Assembly (NCBI GenBank): GCA_946965045.2
Contig: OX337235.1
Location: forward strand, 558,001-622,000
Direction of reading: 5' to 3'
DNA length: 64,000 nucleotides
DNA from: Epithemia pelagica
Taxonomy: Eukaryota; Protista; Bacillariophyta
Made by a program: the position numbers and the translations under genes. Of this stretch, positions 55,733 through 64,000 are shown piece by piece. Each line of letters begins with the position of its first letter. Within the stretch, counting starts at the first letter, position 1. A model generated the notes under the pieces. It saw only the letters and a program-made list of their open reading frames with translations, was not told the origin of the DNA and ran no database searches.

Positions 55733-57436
55733 ATGGGCGACACGGCAGCTCCATTTGAAGCGGTAGGGCAGTACTATAATGCCGTATCTCCAGACGATAG
55801 TATCACGTCCGCTCATGAGCTGACCGATGCTCGGTTTCGACAGTTGTTCGACGTCGAGGAAGTCTCAAGGTTGAATGAATTGCTTGGGGACGAGATGCCT
55901 CTTTGTGATAGTCCTCCAGACTGTTGGATCGATCGCTTGAGTACGGCGCTCCTCAACACGAACAGCGATGAACAAAACATGAACGCAATTTTACAAGATT
56001 CATTGAAGGAAGCAACAGGGGTCGAAGGCCTGAAGACCAAGAAAAGAAAAAATAATAGGAGCAAGAAGACGGTGACAGAAAAGGAAATTCGTAATATTTT
56101 CTTTGATTTTTACAACCGTCAGTGCTACAAGGGGCTAGAAAGAAAGAATGGCTTGCCCGTAACCCTCCTATCCAGACCAGACTTTGCAGTGTGGGCTGAG
56201 GGGGGTGCGGGCATGGGCATCACGGGTGAGGGAAAGCACGCATCAAAATACATGCTGCACAACGCCATTCGACAATGTGCTGCCTACATGCTGGTTCATC
56301 TGTTCTACTGGCTGGCAACAAAGTCCAAGTTGGTAGAAAGCGTGTACGGGGTTGCTGTTGCCGGGGTAAATTGCAAGGACATGGCGCGGGATAATAGCTT
56401 TGCCGTCGTATTGATGAGCCTGACACTTCCTGCTACTATTGGCGGGAAGCTCAGGATCACGAAGTACAAGATTGTTGTGCTCGACGACTTGTGGACATTT
56501 GTCAACTTTGTGTGTGGAAAGAAGCCCGGTGCTAGTTGTGAGTTACAGGTTGGTCAAGGCCGCCCCGCTTGTCTACAATTGCCTTTTGACCTACTACAGT
56601 CTAAACCTGTAGGATGGGAGATTGTCAAGAATGGCACAGCCAACCTTGTGGTACGTATTGATGAAGAAACTGGATGGGAGGCCCTTGGATCGTTTCTTTA
56701 TGATCGTGCTTTGAAAGAGTTGGATCGCGGTTTCCGGCAAAGCGTCAAAGAGATCTACTACCCGATCTATTTCAAGTCAAAGAATTATCTTGCCACTGAC
56801 GATCCTAAAGGCTTGGCATTCTACACCGCCATCCTGCGAGAAAACTCGTCGCTGATGGACTTACGCGATAGTTATTTCGCGGTACCGTCGATAACTGCTT
56901 CTGGGATTTACATCTTGATGTCAAACATGGGGGAACCGTTTCACAGAAAAGAAATTCCTGAAGGCTTGCGCGGCTTTGCAATCGCTTTTGTTCCTTTTAT
57001 GATGCGTGTCATTGATTGTCAGATGGAGTCAGGACTTGTCCATGGCGACATCCACAGGGGTAATTTGCTCATTGATAAGCAAGGACGGCTACGTTTGATC
57101 GATTACAATGAGGCAAAGGTGGATGAACTCACCATACGCAAGCCCCGAACGGATGTCCAAAAGTTCACCTACAATGAAAGCCTTGCACATAAATTTGTTC
57201 AATTCACAAAGAACCAATTAATGCAACTTTTTTGGGAATGCTGGGTCGTGGTGCGGCAACATTCTGGTTGCGACTCCCCGGCCGATGTTCGTATCACTGC
57301 TGTGATTGGGGAATTCCACGCTTTCTTTTCAGATGAGCAAGGTGCTGATGCAGACTCCGTCGATGATGTGTATGAAAAGTTGATGACGTCGCTTGATCAA
57401 ATTTCGAAAGGTCGTCTAGCGGCTGGGGTATCATAA
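55733..57436 (+). CDS. PD-(D/E)xK nuclease-like plus atypical kinase protein, copy 1 (567 aa from the shared ATG; upstream ATG at 55679)
   Basis: SRPDFAV...GEGK...RQCAAYM, followed by LVHGDIHRGNLL...LIDYN. Confidence 0.75.
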   Translation: MGDTAAPFEAVGQYYNAVSPDDSITSAHELTDARFRQLFDVEEVSRLNELLGDEMPLCDSPPDCWIDRLSTALLNTNSDEQNMNAILQDSLKEATGVEGLKTKKRKNNRSKKTVTEKEIRNIFFDFYNRQCYKGLERKNGLPVTLLSRPDFAVWAEGGAGMGITGEGKHASKYMLHNAIRQCAAYMLVHLFYWLATKSKLVESVYGVAVAGVNCKDMARDNSFAVVLMSLTLPATIGGKLRITKYKIVVLDDLWTFVNFVCGKKPGASCELQVGQGRPACLQLPFDLLQSKPVGWEIVKNGTANLVVRIDEETGWEALGSFLYDRALKELDRGFRQSVKEIYYPIYFKSKNYLATDDPKGLAFYTAILRENSSLMDLRDSYFAVPSITASGIYILMSNMGEPFHRKEIPEGLRGFAIAFVPFMMRVIDCQMESGLVHGDIHRGNLLIDKQGRLRLIDYNEAKVDELTIRKPRTDVQKFTYNESLAHKFVQFTKNQLMQLFWECWVVVRQHSGCDSPADVRITAVIGEFHAFFSDEQGADADSVDDVYEKLMTSLDQISKGRLAAGVS

Positions 57437-57822
57437 GAAAGTCCTAAATACTATTGAAATTCTCCGGTGAGATCGATAATCATGATGAGATCTTGTTCTG
57501 GTGATAACTTTACTTAAAAAGATTACTATTCTATTGCAATAGATCAAAGTCTGCTCTTCCGATCATAGCAGAGTCTTCACAAAAGAATGGCAAACCAATT
57601 GCCAACACTTTTCACAATTCTTGGAGATCTTCGTAGATCTCTCGTACGTACCCCTGGGCCAGAATTCTAGTACGTGGTAAGTCCTGAATTCTGCCCGGTC
57701 TGTCCGTACTCCTTCCCTTCCTAGCCAACACTGGCAGTTTTTGCGTATTGTCCACTGAATTGACTTCAGGTAACATTTTGAGTGTTATTTTCGGCTCAGA
57801 CCCCCGAAGCGTTATTGCCACG

Positions 57823-59526
57823 ATGGGCGACACGGCAGCTCCATTTGAAGCGGTAGGGCAGTACTATAATGCCGTATCTCCAGACGATAGTATCACGTCC
57901 GCTCATGAGCTGACCGATGCTCGGTTTCGACAGTTGTTCGACGTCGAGGAAGTCTCAAGGTTGAATGAATTGCTTGGGGACGAGATGCCTCTTTGTGATA
58001 GTCCTCCAGACTATTGGATCGATCGCTTGAGTACGGCGCTCCTCAACACGAACAGCGATGAACAAAACATGAACGCAATTTTACAAGATTCATTGAAGGA
58101 AGCAACAGGGGTCGAAGGCCTGAAGACCAAGAAAAGAAAAAATAATAGGAGCAAGAAGACGGTGACAGAAAAGGAAATTCGTAATATTTTCTTTGATTTT
58201 TACAACGATCAGTGCTACAAGGGGCTAGAAAGAAAGAATGGCTTGCCCGTAACCCTCCTATCCAGACCAGACTTTGCAGTGTGGGCTGAGGGGGGTGCGG
58301 GCATGGGCATCACGGGTGAGGGAAAGCACGCATCAAAATACATGCTGCACAACGCCATTCGACAATGTGCTGCCTACATGCTGGTTCATCTGTTCTACTG
58401 GCTGGCAACAAAGTCCAAGTTGGTAGAAAGCGTGTACGGGGTTGCTGTTGCCGGGGTAAATTGCAAGGACATGGCGCGGGATAATTGCTTTGCCGTCGTA
58501 TTGATGAGCCTGACACTTCCTGCTACTATTGGCGGGAAGCTCAGGATCACGAAGTACAAGATTGTTGTGCTCGACGACTTGTGGACATTTGTCAACTTTG
58601 TGTGTGGAAAGAAGCCCGGTGCTAGTTGTGAGTTACAGGTTGGTCAAGGCCGCCCCGCTTGTCTACAATTGCCTTTTGACCTACTACAGTCTAAACCTGT
58701 AGGATGGGAGATTGTCAAGAATGGCACAGCCAACCTTGTGGTACGTATTGATGAAGAAACTGGATGGGAGGCCCTTGGATCGTTTCTTTATGATCGTGCT
58801 TTGAAAGAGTTGGATCGCGGTTTCCGGCAAAGCGTCAAAGAGATCTACTACCCGATCTATTTCAAGTCAAAGAATTATCTTGCCACTGACGATCCTAAAG
58901 GCTTGGCATTCTACACCGCCATCCTGCGAGAAAACTCGTCGCTGATGGACTTACGCGATAGTTATTTCGCGGTACCGTCGATAACTGCTTCTGGGATTTA
59001 CATCTTGATGTCAAACATGGGGGAACCGTTTCACAGAAAAGAAATTCCTGAAGGCTTGCGTGGCTTTGCAATCGCTTTTGTTCCTTTTATGATGCGTGTC
59101 ATTGATTGTCAGATGGAGTCAAGACTTGTCCATGGCGACATCCACAGGGGTAATTTGCTCATTGATAAGCAAGGACGGCTACGTTTGATCGATTACGATG
59201 AGGCAAAGGTGGATGAACTCACCATACGCAAGCCCCGAACGGATGTCCAAAAGTTCGCCTACAATGAAAGCCTTGCAAATAAATTTGTTCAATTCACAAA
59301 GAACCAGTTAATGCAACTTTTTTGGGAATGCTGGGTCGTGGTGCGGCAACATTCTGGTTGCGACTCCCCGGCCGATGTTCGTATCACTGCTGTGATTGGG
59401 GAATTCCACGCTTTCTTTTCAGATGAGCAAGGTGCTGATGCAGACTCCGTCGATGATGTGTATGAAAAGTTGATGACGTCGCTTGATCAAATTTCGAAAG
59501 GTCGTCTAGCGGCTGGGGTATCATAA
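57823..59526 (+). CDS. PD-(D/E)xK nuclease-like plus atypical kinase protein, copy 2
   Basis: Near-identical to copy 1 at a fixed offset of 2090 bp; LIDYD instead of LIDYN. Confidence 0.75.
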   Translation: MGDTAAPFEAVGQYYNAVSPDDSITSAHELTDARFRQLFDVEEVSRLNELLGDEMPLCDSPPDYWIDRLSTALLNTNSDEQNMNAILQDSLKEATGVEGLKTKKRKNNRSKKTVTEKEIRNIFFDFYNDQCYKGLERKNGLPVTLLSRPDFAVWAEGGAGMGITGEGKHASKYMLHNAIRQCAAYMLVHLFYWLATKSKLVESVYGVAVAGVNCKDMARDNCFAVVLMSLTLPATIGGKLRITKYKIVVLDDLWTFVNFVCGKKPGASCELQVGQGRPACLQLPFDLLQSKPVGWEIVKNGTANLVVRIDEETGWEALGSFLYDRALKELDRGFRQSVKEIYYPIYFKSKNYLATDDPKGLAFYTAILRENSSLMDLRDSYFAVPSITASGIYILMSNMGEPFHRKEIPEGLRGFAIAFVPFMMRVIDCQMESRLVHGDIHRGNLLIDKQGRLRLIDYDEAKVDELTIRKPRTDVQKFAYNESLANKFVQFTKNQLMQLFWECWVVVRQHSGCDSPADVRITAVIGEFHAFFSDEQGADADSVDDVYEKLMTSLDQISKGRLAAGVS

Positions 59527-60462
59527 GAAAGTCCTAAATACTATTGAAATCGGTCGACAGCGAGTACGGCAGGTTAGAATTGGAGCATGATGAGCGACAG
59601 CGCCCCTTGGCAGCACCTTATTTTCATGCTGGTGTCGCTCACAGCAGCGTCTTTCTTTTCCACGTTGCCCAGCCGCAGGAGATCTTGGCGGGCTTGGTTT
59701 TTCAACAACAAGCAGAGCCTGCTGTTGTTTGTTGATTGACTATTTGTTGGTGTTGTTGGTTGGAGTTTTCATGTACAAGTACCGTGTTGGTGGGGTGCTG
59801 TGTATGTGCACATATGCATAGCTCGTTGCAGTGCTGCTCACAGATATTATGAATACAAGTCTGACACTTTCGCAAGTTTTCTTATTGTGATCAGTTTACT
59901 GTGAAGACCACTCTGAAGCCATCGTGTCTACGGAAAGACAGAGATAAGGAAAATGATGTCGGGATTCAGCATTCTTCTAATTCTCTTTGACCAATCCAAC
60001 AAGAAAGGAGAATGCACAAATCATGCAGTCTTGAACCGTGACGCCTTGGCGGACCCTGAACGATGGAAGATTTTTCAATGTTTCGAAGACGACTCGCAAT
60101 CTATTCAGGAAGAACGTACAGTATACATAATAGTACTATTTTGTGTCTATCTAAAGTTCTAGTGCTGTGTCTCGTCCATTTGATCAGACTCAGCAGTGTC
60201 TTGTCGATTCGCAAGTTCTTGTAAATACGATTATTCCCTTCCGAATTTTTTCCCATACAAATGACTGAATTCAGCCTCTCTTTGACAGGCAAATTCTACA
60301 TTCCAAATTCCATCAAATTTATTGAAACTCGGCAGATGGCAACTTCAGATACTAACGGAAGGGTGTGTGCCCTCAGAAACAGTAGTTCATAATTAATTTT
60401 TAGACTTTCTATAAGCACGTATGTGGACGAAAAATCCAGGTGAATGACAGACTGAATTCAGC

Positions 60463-61497
60463 CTATACTTCGTCAATTATTTCTACATCTAGACAATGCT
60501 GTGGATAGCAACCCTTACAGATACTAACACCAGGGGTACACTGGCAATAGGTTCTGACCTTGCGTTTGCACTTATATGTACAGAAGTACTGTGGATAAGC
60601 TGATTTTGCACGGACGATCCGAGCGCCATCAAATTTTTGGTGTGCGCCCAATGCCTGGAGCTTGCAACCATTGTCGGTACCAAGTCGGGCTCTCTTGCGG
60701 GCACTCCTTTCATTTTGTTGCTCTGACTCCAAGTAGTGGTTATTGATAAGCTCTTTGGCAAATCTTTTCCTGAAATCAAGCATGGATGGCTGGGTTTCAT
60801 ACATGTCAGTGAATGCGACAGCCGCCAACATGACGTTCACCTCGGTGATTGCAAGCAAGAAGGCAAAGACTCTGTTTGGCCACCATGTGGTAGCCCACCT
60901 TGTTTCAAAGCTGATTGGTGAATGTCTTTTGCTGTTGTGATCGTCAACAGCATGCCTATACTTGAAGTGGTTGTTGACTACTTCTGGAAAGCTGAAGTGC
61001 ACCGTCTCTGTACCGACCTTGCGGCTTGTCTGCTTGCAGCCCTCCCGGGACAAAGTACCATACGTAGTCATCAACGACATGACATAGTCTGGCTCCTTCA
61101 TAGCATGGATCTCAAAGGAATGACCATCCAAGGTGCCTCTCCATGCATCTGCATCTCCAACAGCTTTGGAGTCAAAGTGCTCACGAATCTCATCACCCCG
61201 AACATACCTTGGCCAGTACCGACGCTTCTTGATCAGAGCTGCAGCAAAGACTCCTCGTTTGATAAGTTCAATTATACCCTTAACAACACAGAACCCACTA
61301 TCAAGAACTACAACCTTCCCAGTACTGTAGATTGGTTTGAGCATCCTTAAGAGAAGCCCAACTGTCTTGCCAAGCTGCTCAAATTCTGGAGTTGCTCGTT
61401 GACGAGGAGCATCCTTTCCTTTGACAAGCTCGATGCCCCACATGATTCCGGAGAGACCACAGCACACTGTGTGGTACTCATTACCAAAAGGCCAAGG
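60463..61497 (-). mobile_element. 5'-truncated piggyBac-like (DDE_Tnp_1_7-type) transposase
   Basis: PWPFGNEYHTVCC, VVLDSGF, YKYRH-like FKYRHAVDDHN, and a C-terminal Cys-rich finger (CTYKC...CQC...CKGC). Homology stops at the palindrome at 61498. No TTAA/TIR end found. Confidence 0.8.
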
Positions 61498-61520
61498 CAA
61501 TTCCGCAAGTTGCGGAATTG
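61498..61520. other. Perfect 23-bp palindrome at an element junction
   Basis: CAATTCCGCAA-G-TTGCGGAATTG. Confidence 0.9.
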
Positions 61521-61598
61521 AAGAAGGCCAACAAGCGTCGAGGTGGCAATAACAACAACAACAACGATTCGTGATGGGACGGAGCATCTAAATTAGGA

Positions 61599-64000
61599 AT
61601 GGAGATTTCGCCATCTGTCACTGCTGATTTAGATGCTCTTAGTGAGGCTTCTACGATTAGTACGGAACTTCCCCAACGTCCAACGAAACCTCGGGCGCGA
61701 CCTCATCCGCCCTGTGAAGTTACGGTTCAACGTTCGGTTCGACGCATGGTGGATCGCGGAGTCAAAACCTTCCGTGCTGATGTCTCTTGCCTCTTGTTGG
61801 GACAGAGTTCTTGGTACTGGGGTTTGGCCCTCAACAACGGGGATTGGAGCGGAATCTACATGCTTGCCAGCGACTATGAAGCCCGACGATCCAACCCTTT
61901 CTGGCATGCGGTCGCACAGCACTTAGAACCCAAGCTTCATCTCGTCCCTAGCATCAACTTCATCTTGGGACGAGGATTGATCTCGTTGGTCCTGGTGGAA
62001 GGAGATCCGACTTACTTGGGGACTACTTTGCCCCACATCCCTTCTGATTGGCCTGTGTTGCTCCTTTTGCCTTCAGGATGGACTCGACCTGCGCTTCCGG
62101 GCGTACAGTGGCTCACCGTGAATCATACTCGCTGTGGGGGCATTACCACGGCAAGAGTTCAGGTCGGCCGCAGGAATCTTCCACCATTGCATTTTCAAGT
62201 GGAGGTCCGGCATACCATTTCGGCCATCCTTGATCATTCGATTCGGCCGGTTTCTTGCTCTGCGGTGGGTCCGTCGCAACCTTGTTATCCGCAGCACAGT
62301 CAGCTCTACGTCCGAGACTTGAAACGCCACGTTTTGGTTCCTACGACATTTTTCAAGACAGGCTGGGGCCACCGATGTCTCACTCCTGCTGAGTTGGGCG
62401 CCGCTTTCGATCTTCCCTTGTGGCTGTCGCCGACTTCCGAGGCTCATGCTTGGTGGCACTCACATGTTTTGGGCGCCCGCTTCATCCCCATCAAGATCCC
62501 TGCTGCTGTGTTGGGTGGAGCACTTCCTCATTTGGAACCCGTCTTTGTCCACCATCTCGACCGGGCTGGCGAAAAGCGTGATGGTCCTCCTCCCCATTCA
62601 CCTCCGATGACAAAACGGCCGCGGCTGTCCCCTCCCGTGGACGCTGCTACAAAAGATGGACAGCTCGGCACTTGGTTTGCGTCGCTTCGGGCCTTTCTTC
62701 CACATGCGGCTTGGCTGGACGACTCTTTGATTGCAACCAAGGCTACCAAGGCTGATGACGCGGAGGCACCTTATGATTTGTGGGACGGCCGCATTCGGGG
62801 CGTCTTTCCCTGGCTCACCGATGCGGCTCTCGCTGGTTTTCGTCTTCTTGGCCTTTGGTGGTGGCGACGTTCCTTGTATCGCAGTTTCCTCTCTTATCTG
62901 CGGTCTCGGTTTGGCAATGAGTGGCTGTCGCTTCTACCAGCGGCGCGACAGCGCCAGGGGGGGGGGGGGGGTGATACTTTTTCTCTTTACGATGTTTGCG
63001 TGGCTGGGCGTTCGGTCCTTTCTCAATTGCTGGCGGCCTCCTGGTGGGACTGGGACCAGGGCTCCTCCCTCATTTTCTGGCGGTGGAACGGTCTTCAACA
63101 GCAAAGGGATGCCTGGTTCGGTACCCCTATCCATGTTACTGCTCCTCTTCCACACAACAAACGGCCTCAGCGCGCTCCTACCGCCGATTCTCGGCCGCGT
63201 GTGGCGGCAAAACTCGCCAAGGTCCTGTCTCGCGGTTATTTTGATACGGACGCAACGATTCTTAGTCTAACGGATTATTTTGATGTGCCTAAGGGTGAAT
63301 CTGATATACGCATGGTATACAACGGTACCAGCTCTGGTCTAAACGACTCCCTATGGGCACCAAACTTCTGGCTCCCGACGGCGGAGACTTCATTGCGTCT
63401 GCTTACGACGGCCTCCTACTGCGGCGATATGGACCTAGGGGAAATGTTTCTTAATTTTCCTATGGACCGGAATTTGCGACCATTTGCTGGAGTTGATCTT
63501 CGTCCCATCAAGGACTTGTTCCCTTCGGATCTTTTGGAGGCTGGCTGCACCGACAAAGTTCGGTGGAATAGATTGTTCATGGGCATGCTTCCCAGCCCGT
63601 TTCATGCGGTGGAACAATTCTACTTGGCCGAAGAAGTTGCTCGTGGATCCCCGCACGATCTCTTCAACCCATGTGGATTTGACGAGGTTCGCTTCAATAT
63701 TCCAGGCTCGGCTGATTATTCTCCGGTACGCCCTTGGATAATGAAATGGAACTCGCGGACAAACTCCATTGCTGGGGACTCTGTCACCTACATGGACGAC
63801 ATTCGAATCATCGGATCTTTGGCGGAAAATGCCTGGCAAGTAGGTCGACAGTTGGCTGCGCGCCTTCAATACTTCGGAATCCAGGACGCTCCCAGAAAGC
63901 GACGACCACCCTCCAAAACACCGGGAGCTTGGGCTGGGTCCGTCCAACACATTTCAGACACGGCTGTGTCGAAAACAGTCACTCAAGCAAAGTGGGAAAA
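61599..64000 (+). mobile_element. Reverse transcriptase ORF of a DIRS/Ngaro-like (tyrosine-recombinase class) retrotransposon, running off the right edge
   Basis: My translation of the frame starting at ATG 61599 shows no stop to 64000. Motifs DIRMVYNGT, DMDLGEMFLNFP, LFMGMLPSPF, TYMDDIRIIG, LQYFGIQDAPRK. Absent from the ORF track because it has no stop in the window. The class assignment rests on RT motif style; no recombinase gene is in view. Confidence 0.75.

Larger units (their letters stand above)
55704..59550 (+). repeat. Direct duplication of a 1757-bp unit (55704-57460 and 57794-59550) with a 333-bp unique spacer
   Basis: Homology starts at GCTCAGACCCCCG and ends at CTATTGAAAT in both copies; about 10 substitutions found by eye. 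Confidence 0.95.

Noticed and set aside
60263-60464. GACTGAATTCAGCCT repeated at 60263 and 60450 as piggyBac subterminal repeats
   Set aside because: The repeat is real, but I found no TTAA-CCC terminus to anchor an element end.
60463-61587. Track ORF start MLRPITNRCCCC as the transposase N-terminus
   Set aside because: Residues upstream of PWPFGNEY come from the antisense strand of the neighbouring retroelement and the palindrome, so the ORF is chimeric.
1-64000. tRNA or rRNA genes
   Set aside because: None recognised; the tRNA-like stretch at 50047-50081 covers only 25 nt, is interrupted, and sits at the PBS position.

Overview
Intron-bearing eukaryotic DNA, most likely a pennate diatom (inferred from the CoDi-type Copia element and the tandem SET-like protein family). 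The first 39 kb hold three paralogous giant genes: A (8586 to beyond the left edge, minus, two frameshifts), B (9894-20702, minus, intact, 3602 aa) and C (29198-39133, plus, one in-frame TGA). All three share an acidic disordered N-terminus, an AIG1/septin-like P-loop GTPase, a long helical region and a SecA-like ATPase. B and C also show an HPD-less J-like segment and two C-terminal vWA domains (A's vWA part would lie beyond the left edge). A tandem-MYND gene lies between B and C. After C come a divergent 4-exon TM9SF gene and a very young intact 6.3-kb Ty1/copia element. That element has a gag-TGA-CAACCA-pol readthrough junction and a split primer-binding site matching the 5' end of initiator tRNA, and it sits in codon 7 of a host ORF. 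The rest of the window holds a hAT MITE nested in a Harbinger element, a 3-exon double SET-like gene, two near-identical restriction-endonuclease-like plus kinase (Crinkler/RHS-like) genes, and a 5'-truncated piggyBac-like transposase joined through a perfect palindrome to a DIRS/Ngaro-type reverse transcriptase ORF that runs off the right edge. The strongest candidate for an undescribed system is the giant GTPase-SecA-vWA cluster, whose function is inference only. All alignments were done by eye; no database searches were run.
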